64,000 nucleotides of DNA from assembly GCA_902776835.1 (NCBI GenBank), contig CACYRK010000027.1, positions 12,782 through 76,781 on the forward strand. The letters run 5' to 3'. The position numbers and the translations under genes are program-made. The notes under the pieces are model-generated. The model searched no databases. It saw nothing but the letters and a program-made list of their open reading frames with translations, and was not told the origin of the DNA. Numbering within the stretch: position 1 is the first letter of the stretch; the number at the start of each line of letters is the position of its first letter. This DNA is from an uncultured Bacteroidales bacterium. Lineage in GTDB: Bacteria > Bacteroidota > Bacteroidia > Bacteroidales > Muribaculaceae. Below, piece after piece: positions 42,975-53,257 of the stretch.

Positions 42975-45005
42975 ATGGTTAATGAACAACTGATGACTCG
43001 CGCGGCCAACAATATCCGCATCCTGGCCGCCACAATGGTCGAGAAGGCCAAGTCGGGACACCCGGGCGGTGCCATGGGCGGTGCTGACTTTGTCAATGTG
43101 TTGTACTCCAACTTCTTGGTTACCGACCCCGACGACCCGCGCTGGTTCGGCCGCGACCGCTTCTTCCTTGACCCGGGCCACATGTCGCCCATGCTCTATG
43201 CCGTGCTGCGACTCACCGGAAAGTACACTACCGACGACCTGATGCAGTTCCGTCAGTGGGGCAGTATCACTCCCGGACACCCCGAGGTGGACGTGGACCA
43301 TGGCGTGGAAAACACCAGTGGGCCACTCGGCCAAGGCCATGTGATGGCTGTGGGTGCCGCGATTGCCGAGCGTTTCATTGCCGCACGCTTTGGCGAGGTG
43401 TATGCGCATAAGACCTATGCCTTCATCAGCGACGGTGGCGTGCAGGAGGGTATCTCGCAAGAGGCCGCACGCATCGCCGGTTATTTGGGACTGAGCAACC
43501 TCATCATGTTCTACGACAGCAACACGGTGCAACTTTCGACCGATTGCGACGCGGTGAGCAACGAGGACACCGCAATGAAATATCGCGCCTGGAACTGGAA
43601 CGTCATCGAAGTCGACGGCACCAACCCTGTGGCGCTGGCACAGGCATTGCAGCAGGCCATTGCCGAGACCGAGCGACCCACCATCATCGTGGGACACACC
43701 ATCATGGGTCGCGGTTGCGTGACCGAAACGGGCGAGAACTTCGAGGGCAAGTGCAGCACGCACGGACAGCCCATCAGCAAGAGTGGCGCCAGCTATGAAA
43801 AGACCGTCGAAAACTTGGGTGGTGATCCTGCCAATGGCTGGGCAATCTTCCCCGAGGTGGAGCAACTCTACGCAGCGCGTGCCGATGAACTCCGCCGCAT
43901 TGTGGCTGAGCGCAAACAGGCTGCAGCGAAGTGGGAGAAAGAGAACCCCGAGTTGGCCCAGCAACTTCACGACTATATCGCCGGCAAGGTGGCCGACGTC
44001 GACTATGCCGCCATCGAGCACAAGCCCGGCATCGCTACGCGTGCCGCCAGCGCCAATGTGCTCAAGTGCCTCGCTGGCAACGTGGGCAACATGATTGTAT
44101 CGAGCGCCGACTTGGCAAACAGCGATAAGACCGACGCCTTCCTCAAGGTGGCCGGAGCGTTCGCTCGCCATGATTTCAAGGGTGCATTCTTGCATGCCGG
44201 TGTGAGTGAACTCGCCATGACAGCGATTATCAACGGTATGGCACTGCATGGTGGCGTGATAGCCGCTTGTGGCACATTCTTCGTGTTCAGCGACTACATG
44301 AAGCCCGCCGTGCGACTCTCGGCACTGATGGAATTGCCCGTGAAGTTCATCTGGACACACGACGCATTCCGCGTGGGAGAGGATGGTCCTACCCACGAGC
44401 CCGTCGAGCAAGAGGCTCAAATCCGCCTGATGGAGGAGTTGCGCAACCACAGTGGGCGTCCCAGCATGCTCGTTATCAGGCCCGCCGATGCGGCCGAGAC
44501 CAGCGTTGCATGGAAAATGGCGATGGAAAACACCCTGACTCCCACGGCACTCATCCTTTCGCGCCAGGATATTCCCGACCTGCCCAGCGCCAGCGGCAAC
44601 CGCTACAACGATGCCTTGCAAGCCGAGCGAGGAGGATATATTATAAATAAGGTGGAAAAACCGGCCGTCACACTCGTGGGCAACGGCTCGGAAGTGGCTA
44701 CCCTGGTGGCCGTGGCTCAACTGCTCGAGCCTAAGGGCATAAGCGCACAGGTGGTGTCGGTTCCGTCGATAGGTCGCTTCCTCGAGCAACCCCTCGAGTA
44801 TCGTCGCGAGGTCATCCCCGCCGACGTGCCCACCTTCGGTCTCACGGCCGGTTTGCCCTCGACTTTGCGCAGCGTTGTGCCCGACGGAATGATTGTCGGC
44901 CTCGACCACTTTGGCGCTTCGGCTCCTTACAAGGTTTTGGACGAAAAATTTGGCTTTACAGCCGAGAAAGTGGCCGAAAAAGTCCAAAAATGGGTCGAAA
45001 AGTGA
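42975..45005 (+). CDS. tkt: Transketolase
   Basis: SGHPGGAMG, TPGHPE, GEDGPTHEPVEQ. Start is ATG 42975 or GTG 42969. Confidence 0.95.
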   Translation: MVNEQLMTRAANNIRILAATMVEKAKSGHPGGAMGGADFVNVLYSNFLVTDPDDPRWFGRDRFFLDPGHMSPMLYAVLRLTGKYTTDDLMQFRQWGSITPGHPEVDVDHGVENTSGPLGQGHVMAVGAAIAERFIAARFGEVYAHKTYAFISDGGVQEGISQEAARIAGYLGLSNLIMFYDSNTVQLSTDCDAVSNEDTAMKYRAWNWNVIEVDGTNPVALAQALQQAIAETERPTIIVGHTIMGRGCVTETGENFEGKCSTHGQPISKSGASYEKTVENLGGDPANGWAIFPEVEQLYAARADELRRIVAERKQAAAKWEKENPELAQQLHDYIAGKVADVDYAAIEHKPGIATRAASANVLKCLAGNVGNMIVSSADLANSDKTDAFLKVAGAFARHDFKGAFLHAGVSELAMTAIINGMALHGGVIAACGTFFVFSDYMKPAVRLSALMELPVKFIWTHDAFRVGEDGPTHEPVEQEAQIRLMEELRNHSGRPSMLVIRPADAAETSVAWKMAMENTLTPTALILSRQDIPDLPSASGNRYNDALQAERGGYIINKVEKPAVTLVGNGSEVATLVAVAQLLEPKGISAQVVSVPSIGRFLEQPLEYRREVIPADVPTFGLTAGLPSTLRSVVPDGMIVGLDHFGASAPYKVLDEKFGFTAEKVAEKVQKWVEK

Positions 45006-45067
45006 CTTTTTTTGAAAAAAAATTGATTTTTTTCGTGCAAGAGCGTTTCTATTTCAGAAAAAAGCTT

Positions 45068-45075
45068 TATATTTG
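45068..45075 (+). promoter_or_regulatory. -7 promoter box (TATATTTG) for ompA
   Basis: Exact TAnnTTTG, 65 nt upstream of ATG 45141. Confidence 0.5.
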
Positions 45076-45140
45076 CACAATAATTTGAATACGAATGTAT
45101 TTTTTTAATGTTTAACAAAATATCAACAAAACGTAAGTCT

Positions 45141-46403
45141 ATGAAAAAGATTACTTTGATGGCACTTGCATGTGCTATGTTCATGGTGCCTGCTGTTGCA
45201 AATGCACAGGAGGTCACTTATGTTGAGGATCCCGCTCAAGGCTACACCTTCAATCGTTTCCAGGATAACTGGTTCGTGCAGGGCCTTGGTGGTGCTGGCA
45301 TCATGATGTCGCGTTCCGACAATGAGGCTGACTTTGCAGACCGCATTGGCTGGAAGGGCGCTCTCATGATCGGTAAGTGGTTCTCGCCTGTCGCTGGAGT
45401 TCGCTTCGGTGGTGAGTTCAACCAGATGAAGGGCTTAACTGCTCCTGACAATTATCCCGCAAAGCTTGGTGTTCGTGCTGACCGCGCTCTGTACGACGGC
45501 AAGTTCCTGGAGCAGCAGTTCAATGATGTCGGCGGTGCTGCTGACTTCATGCTGAACATGACCAACTGGATCCTGGGTTACAAACCCGGCCGCTTCTACA
45601 ACGCTACCCTGTACGCTGGTGCCAGCGCACACTGGGTATGGGAGCGTGAGAACCAGGGTCGTGGCGACTGGAAGTACGCTGGCGACCAGAAGGGTGACAA
45701 CAAGCACAGCCGCCACTTTGGCATGCGTGCTGGTTTGATGAACAGTTTCCGTCTGACCAACCACATCGACGCTCTGCTCGACCTCCGCTTTGAGGAGATC
45801 CAGGAGCACATCGATGGTTGGGGCCACCGCACTTGGAACGAGTACGTGTCGGCTCAACTCGGTATCGCTTACAAGTTCAACAACACCGAGTGGACCGCTC
45901 CCGTGGTTCCCGTTTGCCCCGAGTACAAGTACACCAATGCTGAGGGTGATGCTCTCGTCGCTCGTCTGAGCCAGGCTGATCGCAAGATCGCTGACCTCGA
46001 GAACCAACTGCGTAACTGCGCTAAGCCGCAGCCCGCTCCCCAGCCCGGTCCCGCACCCGTTGCCGACAGCGATGCTCCTCTGGCTACCATCTACTATCCC
46101 ATCAACGTTTCTAAAATCGTGGGTGTGCAGAACGACGTAGTCGATGCAGTTGCTGAGGTGATGAAGAGCGAGAACAAGACCTACACCCTCACCGGTTGGG
46201 CCGATAACTACACTGGTAACGACAAGATCAACACTCGCCTCCGCAAGGACCGTGTTGCTGGCGTTAAGGCTGCCCTCACCAAGAAGGGTATCGATGAGAA
46301 CCGTCTGTCGACTCAGATCATCGATAGCAACCGTCCCGAGGTTGACTTTGGTCCGAAGAGCGCTCCTCTGAGCCGCGCCGTCACCATCGTTCGCAACAAG
46401 TAA
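45141..46403 (+). CDS. ompA: OmpA-family major outer-membrane protein
   Basis: Signal peptide MKKITLMALACAMFMVPAVANA; beta-barrel N-half; P/A-rich hinge; C-terminal OmpA-like peptidoglycan-binding domain (LTGWADNYTGNDKINTRLRKDRVAGV). Confidence 0.88.
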   Translation: MKKITLMALACAMFMVPAVANAQEVTYVEDPAQGYTFNRFQDNWFVQGLGGAGIMMSRSDNEADFADRIGWKGALMIGKWFSPVAGVRFGGEFNQMKGLTAPDNYPAKLGVRADRALYDGKFLEQQFNDVGGAADFMLNMTNWILGYKPGRFYNATLYAGASAHWVWERENQGRGDWKYAGDQKGDNKHSRHFGMRAGLMNSFRLTNHIDALLDLRFEEIQEHIDGWGHRTWNEYVSAQLGIAYKFNNTEWTAPVVPVCPEYKYTNAEGDALVARLSQADRKIADLENQLRNCAKPQPAPQPGPAPVADSDAPLATIYYPINVSKIVGVQNDVVDAVAEVMKSENKTYTLTGWADNYTGNDKINTRLRKDRVAGVKAALTKKGIDENRLSTQIIDSNRPEVDFGPKSAPLSRAVTIVRNK

Positions 46404-46423
46404 TTTCTAATTACAAGTTCAAT

Positions 46424-46459
46424 AAAAATCCTGCCCTTTCGGGTAGGATTTTTTATTTT
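46424..46459 (+). terminator. Rho-independent terminator after ompA
   Basis: aatcctgccc-tttc-gggtaggatt followed by ttttatttt. Confidence 0.8.
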
Positions 46460-46516
46460 CTGGCTGCCTGATTTCAGTAAAATATGCACAGGGTTGCGTG
46501 ATGTGAGAAAAAGTTG

Positions 46517-46524
46517 TATTTTTG
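46517..46524 (+). promoter_or_regulatory. -7 promoter box (TATTTTTG) for the 46574 gene
   Basis: Exact TAnnTTTG, 49 nt upstream of the ATG. Confidence 0.45.
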
Positions 46525-46573
46525 TCGCGGATTCTGGGGCTTAGCCCCTATATATAAATAAGGTGTTATTAAC

Positions 46574-47236
46574 ATGAAAAATCTTAGACATCTCGCCTTA
46601 GCAGCCATGGCTGCGACAGCATTGCTGGCCACAGCCGCCGGCAAACAGGAAGTGGTGCTCACGCGCCAAGTGGCCGTCGACGACAAGACCTTCGTCTTGC
46701 CCGATAAAACCATTGAACTCGACATCAAGCGCCTCGAACCCGTGACAAAGGGTGGCACCCAACCCCTTGTCGCAGCCTTGCAGCAATTGCTCGAGAGCAT
46801 CGAAGCCGACGAGGCTTACTACCGCACCGTGCTGGTTACATTCACCAATCACGGCAATGATTTTGAGATTAATATCGATGGCTTTGACCCACTGTCACAA
46901 CCATTGCCGGCCAAGGCCGACGAGGCGTATTTCGGTGACTGGCAGGTGGGGCGCCTGCACGCTCTATTCCCCGTCACTGCCGAGTATAAGCGAATGCTTG
47001 AACTGATGTTCAAGCGCCGTGGTGGAAAGGTGACTCTAGTGCGTGAATTTGCTCGCGTGCCTTACGTAATACCTGCTCCAACTACCCACGTCAACGCCAT
47101 GTTTTCGCTCTATGAACTCACCGTGAATGAGCGAATCATCGACCAGGACGCCGCCATCGACCCTGCCTCTGGACTGGACAGCAACATCGATCCTGCCGCT
47201 GGTCAAGTGTCACCCTCGGAATTAATCGAAGAGTAA
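46574..47236 (+). CDS. Hypothetical secreted protein
   Basis: Signal peptide; no family recognised. Confidence 0.5.
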   Translation: MKNLRHLALAAMAATALLATAAGKQEVVLTRQVAVDDKTFVLPDKTIELDIKRLEPVTKGGTQPLVAALQQLLESIEADEAYYRTVLVTFTNHGNDFEINIDGFDPLSQPLPAKADEAYFGDWQVGRLHALFPVTAEYKRMLELMFKRRGGKVTLVREFARVPYVIPAPTTHVNAMFSLYELTVNERIIDQDAAIDPASGLDSNIDPAAGQVSPSELIEE

Positions 47237-47332
47237 CCACTCATAGCAGTTCATCCCAAAGTCGTGCGGTGAGTAAAAAACACTCCGTGCCATTCGGCGC
47301 ATGCAGCGGAGGTGTGTTCGGGTAGATACGAC

Positions 47333-47379
47333 AAAAACGGCTGCATCGCCACGCATGCGCGGGATGCAGCCGTTTTTGT
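47333..47379. terminator. Bidirectional terminator between the 46574 gene and rpmE
   Basis: aaaaacggctgcatc ... gatgcagccgttttt, a perfect stem with A5 and T5 flanks. Confidence 0.8.
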
Positions 47380-47398
47380 ATCGTCGTTAAAAGAGAAA

Positions 47399-47656
47399 TT
47401 ATTTCTTCTTCTTGCGGTCGCCATAGCGGCTCAGGAACTTGTCGACACGACCTGCGGTGTCCACCAGTTTCTGCTTGCCGGTGAAGAAGGGGTGCGACGA
47501 ACTGGTGATCTCAAGTTTCACCAGGGGATAGGTCTTGCCATCAATCTCGATGGTCTCCTTGCTGTTGACGGTCGAGCGGGTGATAAACACCTCTTCATTC
47601 GACATGTCCTTGAAAGCAACCTCACGGTAGTTGCTCGGATGCAAATCTTTCTTCAT
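47399..47656 (-). CDS. rpmE: 50S ribosomal protein L31, type B
   Basis: [13 protein letters not shown]...[12 protein letters not shown]; lacks the CxxC zinc motif (type B). Confidence 0.93.
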   Translation of the reverse strand: MKKDLHPSNYREVAFKDMSNEEVFITRSTVNSKETIEIDGKTYPLVKLEITSSSHPFFTGKQKLVDTAGRVDKFLSRYGDRKKKK

Positions 47657-47735
47657 TTCAGTGTATGTGTTTGTGTTTTAATAAACAAATTAACTCTCGG
47701 GCGTTGGTAAGCGCCCAATTATTCGTAATGGCCTG

Positions 47736-47743
47736 CAAAGGTA
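47736..47743 (-). promoter_or_regulatory. -7 promoter box (TACCTTTG) for rpmE
   Basis: Exact TAnnTTTG on the minus strand, 79 nt upstream of ATG 47656. Confidence 0.5.
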
Positions 47744-47806
47744 CACATACTTTTTGAAACGTGCAAAATATTTCTGAATTTTCTTCGTTATAAAGTAAAG
47801 TCTTAG

Positions 47807-47814
47807 TAATTTTG
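47807..47814 (+). promoter_or_regulatory. -7 promoter box (TAATTTTG) for the PHP phosphatase gene
   Basis: Exact TAnnTTTG, 25 nt upstream of ATG 47840. Confidence 0.5.
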
Positions 47815-47839
47815 CACCGTAAAAACAGCACAGAGCACT

Positions 47840-48580
47840 ATGTTCAACATATTTAACCGCAAAAAAGAGAATAACAAACTGTTTTATCACACCGATGTGC
47901 ACTGCCACATCCTCCCGGGCGTAGACCATGGCTCAAAGAGTGTGGAGCAGTCGCTGGCCATGTTGCAGGCGCAACTCAATATGGGTATTGACCGCGTGAT
48001 TTGCACTTCGCACGTCACCGCTGGCACCTTTGAAAACACGCCGCAGTCGCTTGGCGATGCCTACCAGGTGCTCAAGCAGGCGGTGGCCGATGCCAATCTG
48101 CCCGTGGAACTGCATTACTCGGCAGAATACCGTCTTGACGAGTACTTCCAGCAAGAGCGTGCCGCCGAGCATCTGATTCCCATGCCCGGCAATTATCTGC
48201 TGCTCGAAAACTCGTTCCAGCAAGAGTTGCTGGGGCTTGACGAGTTGTTCTTCGAACTGCGTATCAAGCGCTACCACATAATGATGGCTCACCCCGAGCG
48301 TTATTCCTACTATTCGCGACGCCGGCAGCGCTACGAGGAGTTGCACCGACGCGGAGTGAAGTTCCAGGTCAACATCCTCTCGCTGGCGGGATACTTCGGC
48401 GAGGGTGCGCGCAGCAATGCATTGTGGCTGCTCAAAAACGACCTGGTGGACATGCTCGGCAGCGATATGCACGACCTCGATCACGCCCAGGTCATTCAAG
48501 ACTATATCAACTCCAAGGAGTGGCGCAAAAAAATTGCGCCAGCACTCGAGAACCGCCTTCTCAACGACACACTGAAATAA
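47840..48580 (+). CDS. PHP-domain protein-tyrosine phosphatase (CpsB/YwqE-like)
   Basis: HTDVHCHILPGVDHGSKS N-terminal metal-binding motif, MAHPERY. Confidence 0.8.
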   Translation: MFNIFNRKKENNKLFYHTDVHCHILPGVDHGSKSVEQSLAMLQAQLNMGIDRVICTSHVTAGTFENTPQSLGDAYQVLKQAVADANLPVELHYSAEYRLDEYFQQERAAEHLIPMPGNYLLLENSFQQELLGLDELFFELRIKRYHIMMAHPERYSYYSRRRQRYEELHRRGVKFQVNILSLAGYFGEGARSNALWLLKNDLVDMLGSDMHDLDHAQVIQDYINSKEWRKKIAPALENRLLNDTLK

Positions 48581-48600
48581 AGCAAGGTATATATATGATA

Positions 48601-48640
48601 AAGGAGTGACAGGGGAAACCTCATCACTCCTTGTTTATTG
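48601..48640. terminator. Hairpin between the convergent PHP phosphatase and cytidylate-kinase-like genes
   Basis: aaggagtga ... tcactcctt (9 bp), then gtttatt. Confidence 0.55.
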
Positions 48641-48653
48641 TGGTAATATCTTG

Positions 48654-49298
48654 CTACTCTTGTGGTTGTGCGAGCAACTTGCTGGCATAGTCGGCAATGA
48701 GGCGTGCGGTGCCTTCGATGCCCAGACGCGACGTGTTCACCGTCAGGTCGTAGGTTGAAGCCATGCCCCACTGGCCGTCGGTGTAGAAGTTGTAGTACTC
48801 GGCACGTAGGCGGTTTTTCTTCTCGGCAAGCGCATGGGCCTGGTCGGCGGTTTCGCAGTCGCCGCGAGCCACGATGCGTGCCACGCGATCGTTGATGTCG
48901 GCATGGACAAAGACGCTAATCACGCGGCAATGCTTACGCAGCAGATAGTCGGCTGTGCGGCCCACAATCACGCATGGCCCGCGGTCGGCAAGCATGGTCA
49001 TCACCTCGCCTTGCGCTTGGTACACACGGTCGTTGCGCAGCGGTGTGTCGCCAATCATGTAGGCACCGCTATTGTATCCAATGTTGAACGACCACAGGTT
49101 GGAAAAGAAGCGCGGGCTGCGTTCGTCGGCAGCCTCAAACACCTCGGCAGCCATGCCACTCGACTGTGCTGCTTCGTGAAGCAGTTCCTTGTCGTAGTAG
49201 GCGATGTCCAGCAGGTTGGCCACCAGGCGCCCAATTTCGCGGCCACCGCTGCCAAACTGGCGTCCGATGGCAATTACCCAAGTTTTGTCGTTATTCAT
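48654..49298 (-). CDS. Cytidylate kinase-like family protein
   Basis: VIAIGRQFGSGGREIG P-loop-like motif of the cytidylate-kinase-like family. Confidence 0.75.
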   Translation of the reverse strand: MNNDKTWVIAIGRQFGSGGREIGRLVANLLDIAYYDKELLHEAAQSSGMAAEVFEAADERSPRFFSNLWSFNIGYNSGAYMIGDTPLRNDRVYQAQGEVMTMLADRGPCVIVGRTADYLLRKHCRVISVFVHADINDRVARIVARGDCETADQAHALAEKKNRLRAEYYNFYTDGQWGMASTYDLTVNTSRLGIEGTARLIADYASKLLAQPQE

Positions 49299-49920
49299 CG
49301 TTGTCGCTCGTTGAGGGTGATACTTCTGTGGCCGGTTTCTCGCTGCTGGCCGCTACTTTGGCTGCCGCCGCTTTTACGGCCGCTTTGCGCACACGACGCT
49401 CAGCGAGATACTCCTGAAGGCTCGTGATGTTGAACAGCAGCAGGCACACGCCAGTGATGAGCACCATGGTCGAGGTGGCGTCGCGAATGGCGGGCACAAA
49501 GAGCACCAGCACGCCGCAAATGCCCACCACCAGTGGCAGCAGGTAATAGTGGCCTTTAACCGACAGGGCCTTGTGCGAGAGCGCAAGATAGAACAGGTGA
49601 AACAGGCCCAGCACCAGCAGCAACACACCCAGTAGGATGCTCAGCACGCCAGAGAAGAGTTCGGCCTTGATAAGCATTATCACACCGAAGCACACACCGC
49701 CAACAACCGGCAGGATGCCCATGTAGTCGGTGTTTGAGCGCGAGCCGGAGGGTCGTGTGGCAACCATGATGAGGTAGGCCAGCGACGGCAGCAAGAACAT
49801 TACGCCCATGATGCGTGCCACCCACGTCAGCACGTTGGCTTGATTGAAGAAAATGAGAAGTAAGATGCCCGCCAGCAGGAGGACAACATTGGTGAGAAGG
49901 TTGATACTGATGCGTTTCAT
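49291..49920 (-). CDS. DUF308/HdeD-like membrane protein
   Basis: Six hydrophobic segments with repeated GxLLL patterns. Overlaps the downstream gene by 8 nt (operon). Confidence 0.6.
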   Translation of the reverse strand: MKRISINLLTNVVLLLAGILLLIFFNQANVLTWVARIMGVMFLLPSLAYLIMVATRPSGSRSNTDYMGILPVVGGVCFGVIMLIKAELFSGVLSILLGVLLLVLGLFHLFYLALSHKALSVKGHYYLLPLVVGICGVLVLFVPAIRDATSTMVLITGVCLLLFNITSLQEYLAERRVRKAAVKAAAAKVAASSEKPATEVSPSTSDNDE

Positions 49921-49948
49921 AATCGTCGCTATTGTTATTTTTAGATTT

Positions 49949-49956
49949 CAAAATTA
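49949..49956 (-). promoter_or_regulatory. -7 promoter box (TAATTTTG) for the DUF308 / cytidylate-kinase-like operon
   Basis: Exact TAnnTTTG on the minus strand, 28 nt upstream of ATG 49920. Confidence 0.5.
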
Positions 49957-49998
49957 AGATTATTTGCCGAACGGTGCAACTTTCTCACCATTTTTTCT

Positions 49999-50006
49999 TA
50001 ATTTTG
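49999..50006 (+). promoter_or_regulatory. -7 promoter box (TAATTTTG) for the lipid kinase gene
   Basis: Exact TAnnTTTG, 30 nt upstream of ATG 50037. Confidence 0.5.
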
Positions 50007-50036
50007 CGCCGAAAAAAGCACCTTTAGGCTCAAAAG

Positions 50037-50942
50037 ATGGCATTACCGAGCGAAAAAATACTCGTCCTGATCAACCCCATATCGGGTGGCAACAGCGACA
50101 AGGGCAACTTGGCTGAGTTGGCACGCGCCACACTCGATGCCGAGCGCTACGACGTCGACATCGTTATTACCGAGCATCGCGGACACGCTACCGAGTTGGC
50201 TACCCAGGCGGTGGCCGATGGTGCGCGCTGTGTGGTGGCCGTCGGTGGCGACGGCACGGTCAATGAGATCGGCGCCGTGTTGCGTGGTACCGACACCGCC
50301 CTGGCAGTTGTGCCCACCGGGTCGGGCAACGGCCTGGCGCGCCACATCCACATTCCCATGAATGCTGCTGCTGCCCTGCAGGTGGTCAACGACATGCAAA
50401 TCGAGGAGGTGGACTTCTGCACAGTCAACGACCGACCCTTCTTCTGCACCTGTGGGGTGGGCTTCGACGCCCAGGTGAGCCACAAGTTTGCCAACGAAGA
50501 CACGCGTGGCCTGATTACCTACGTAAAAACCACCATCAACGAGTTTTTCCACTACAAGTCGCAGGACTACCGCATCACTATCGGCGACCAGTCGTGGCAG
50601 GAGCGGGCCTTCGTCATCGCATGCTGCAATGCCGCGCAGTATGGCAATAATGCCATCGTCGCCCCGCGAGCATCGATGCGCGACGGCAAAATCGACATGA
50701 CCATCATCCACAGTTTCAAACTGCCTGAGGCAGCACTTCTCAGTGCACGCCTGTTTACCAGTACCATCGACCGCGACCGCAACGTGAGTATCTACCGCGC
50801 GTCGCGCATCGCCATCGACCGCGATGCCCCCGGCATTATGCACCTCGATGGCGAGCCCGTCGAGATGCCCGAGCACCTCGACATCTGCTGCCACAGTCTG
50901 GGTCTGCGCGTCGTCGTCCCCAACCCAGGCCGCGACATTTAA
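50037..50942 (+). CDS. Diacylglycerol/lipid kinase (YegS/BmrU family)
   Basis: LINPISGG, VAVGGDGTVNE, PTGSGNGLAR. Confidence 0.85.
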   Translation: MALPSEKILVLINPISGGNSDKGNLAELARATLDAERYDVDIVITEHRGHATELATQAVADGARCVVAVGGDGTVNEIGAVLRGTDTALAVVPTGSGNGLARHIHIPMNAAAALQVVNDMQIEEVDFCTVNDRPFFCTCGVGFDAQVSHKFANEDTRGLITYVKTTINEFFHYKSQDYRITIGDQSWQERAFVIACCNAAQYGNNAIVAPRASMRDGKIDMTIIHSFKLPEAALLSARLFTSTIDRDRNVSIYRASRIAIDRDAPGIMHLDGEPVEMPEHLDICCHSLGLRVVVPNPGRDI

Positions 50943-51095
50943 CCGCCACTTTCCCACGTTTTCCCCGCCTTTCAGTAGGAGAGCCGGTCCACGGAAAGCC
51001 GTAGCCATTCCAAACTTCCACTTCCCAGCCCCTGCCTCTCAGCGGGAGCGCCGTATTTGTTTTCCGAGGCTTGGCTTCGGAAAATCGTCATTTTT

Positions 51096-51130
51096 GGAGG
51101 CTTTTTACCGAAAAAACCTCCTATTTTTTG
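51096..51130 (+). terminator. Terminator-like hairpin downstream of the lipid kinase gene
   Basis: ggaggcttttt-accg-aaaaaacctcc followed by tatttttt. Confidence 0.6.
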
Positions 51131-51262
51131 ATTTTTTGTGATTATGATAGCAAAAATTTTGCCATATGGGATTTTTTTTGTAAATTCGGCACGTGAAAGC
51201 GTGTTATGCTTGCATGCTGTCACGCACCGATTGTATAACCTTCATTAATTCAATAAAAGATA

Positions 51263-53218
51263 ATGAGTTATCTAAATTTCGATAAAACCCTGATGATTAA
51301 CTTGGAGCAATCGCTCAATAAGGAGATGCTCCGCACCAATCAGTCGGGTGCCTATCATTGCACTACTATTGTGGGCTGTAACACGCGCAAGCAACATGGC
51401 TTGCTGGTAATTCCCATCCCCGAACTCGACGACAACAGCCATGTGCTACTTTCATCGCTCGACGAGACAGTGATTCAACACGGTGCGCCGTTCAACCTGG
51501 GCCTGCACCGCTACACCGGAAACACCTTCAGCCCTAACGGACACAAGTACATCCGCGAGTACGACTGCGAGCGTGTGCCCACCACCACATTTCGTGTGGG
51601 TGGCGTGATTTTGAAAAAGGAGAAAATCTTTATCACCGGTGAGAACCGCATTCTCATTCGCTACACGCTGGTTGACGCGCACTCGCGTACTACGCTGCAA
51701 TTCAGGCCGTTCCTCGCCTTCCGCGACGCTAACGACCTGTGCGTCGAGAACAATGTGGCTCGCCGCGACTATGAGGAGATTCACAATGGTATCGCCACTT
51801 GCATGTACGACGGCTATCCCACGCTCTACATGCAGTTGAGCCACAAGCCGGAGTTTGTCTTTGATCCTCACTGGTACAAAAACATCGAGTATCCCAAGGA
51901 TCAGGAGCGCGGCATCCCGTATACCGAGGACCTGTACGTGCCTGGTTACTTCCAACTCGACATCAAGAAGGGTGAGAGCATCATCTTCTCGGCAGGTATC
52001 GAGCCGGTGAATACGCGTTCACTCGCCAAGATGTACGAGGACGAAATCAAGCCCCGTACACCGCGCACCAGTTTCTATAACTGCATGAAGAACAGTGCAA
52101 AGCAGTTCTATATCACCAATGCCGACGGTCACTATCTGCTTGCCGGTTACCCATGGTTCAAGATTCGCGCACGCGACGAACTCATCGCGCTGCCTGGCTG
52201 CACGCTCTCGGTGCATCACCTACCTGACTTCGAGGCGATTATGGATACCGCCAGCCGTGCTCTCATGGATTGGATGGACCATGGCAAAATCGACAAGCAT
52301 CTGCGTGGCATCGACCAGCCCGACATCCTGCTGTGGGCCGCCTGGAACATCCAGCGCTACGCTCACGACCAGAATAACGACAAGGCGCGGGAACGCTATG
52401 GCAATCTGCTTGTGCGTGCCCTCGACTTCATCATGAGCGGCGAGCATCCCAACCTGAAGGTTGACCTCAACGGCTTGGTGACCAGCGACGGCACACGCAC
52501 GCCAATCTCTTGGATGAACTCCACCAACCCCGACGGCACGCCGCTGATTCCGCGCACTGGCTATCTGGTGGAGTTTAACGCGCTGTGGTACAACGCACTT
52601 ATGCAGGCTCAAGAACTCTTTGCCGACAGCGAAGAGCATGCCGACGAACTGGCGCAGTGGAAGTCGATAACCGACAAGATGAACACCTCGTTTGTCGAGA
52701 CATTCCTCAACGAGCACGGATACCTCTACGACTACGTCACCGGCTCTTACACCGACCTGAGTGTGCGTCCCAACATGATTATCGCCGCCGGCATGGACTA
52801 CTCGCCACTCAACCGCCATCAGCGCAAGAGCGTGCTTGATGTGGTTACACGCGAGTTGCTTACTCCCAAGGGCTTGCGCACCCTCAGCCCCAACAGTTAC
52901 GGCTACAACCCGTGGTATTTGGGCAATCCGCAAGAGCGTCAGCGCGCTTACTACACCGGTTCGGCTCGCCCGTGGCTGATGGAGTTCTACAGCAAGGCCT
53001 ACATCCGCGTGTTCGGCATCAACAGCATCTCGTTTATCGAGCGCATGATGATTGGCTTCGAGGACGAGATGAAGGAGGGATGCATAGGGTCGCTCAGCGA
53101 ACTCTACGACGGCAACCCGCCATTTATCGGACGTGGTGCCGTGAGTTTCGCCGCCAACGTGGGTTGCATCCTGCGCGTGCTGCGACTCTTCAAAAACCTC
53201 CACATCATCGACAAGTAA
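51263..53218 (+). CDS. Glycogen debranching enzyme family protein (GDE N-domain + amylo-alpha-1,6-glucosidase)
   Basis: 651 aa. First gene of the conserved Bacteroidales debrancher/GT4/GH57 trio. Confidence 0.8.
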   Translation: MSYLNFDKTLMINLEQSLNKEMLRTNQSGAYHCTTIVGCNTRKQHGLLVIPIPELDDNSHVLLSSLDETVIQHGAPFNLGLHRYTGNTFSPNGHKYIREYDCERVPTTTFRVGGVILKKEKIFITGENRILIRYTLVDAHSRTTLQFRPFLAFRDANDLCVENNVARRDYEEIHNGIATCMYDGYPTLYMQLSHKPEFVFDPHWYKNIEYPKDQERGIPYTEDLYVPGYFQLDIKKGESIIFSAGIEPVNTRSLAKMYEDEIKPRTPRTSFYNCMKNSAKQFYITNADGHYLLAGYPWFKIRARDELIALPGCTLSVHHLPDFEAIMDTASRALMDWMDHGKIDKHLRGIDQPDILLWAAWNIQRYAHDQNNDKARERYGNLLVRALDFIMSGEHPNLKVDLNGLVTSDGTRTPISWMNSTNPDGTPLIPRTGYLVEFNALWYNALMQAQELFADSEEHADELAQWKSITDKMNTSFVETFLNEHGYLYDYVTGSYTDLSVRPNMIIAAGMDYSPLNRHQRKSVLDVVTRELLTPKGLRTLSPNSYGYNPWYLGNPQERQRAYYTGSARPWLMEFYSKAYIRVFGINSISFIERMMIGFEDEMKEGCIGSLSELYDGNPPFIGRGAVSFAANVGCILRVLRLFKNLHIIDK

Positions 53219-53257
53219 CTAATTTACACACACTATAGCACTCACTAATACTGCGAT

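Noticed and set aside
42951-44987. 678-aa minus-strand ORF opposite transketolase
   Set aside because: Transketolase motifs on the + strand are unambiguous, so this antisense frame is a shadow ORF.
47399-47656. Zur-regulated paralog interpretation of the type B L31 gene
   Set aside because: In Bacteroidota the CxxC-less L31 is commonly the only copy. I saw no Zur-like box upstream, so there is no basis for a zinc-switch claim from this window.
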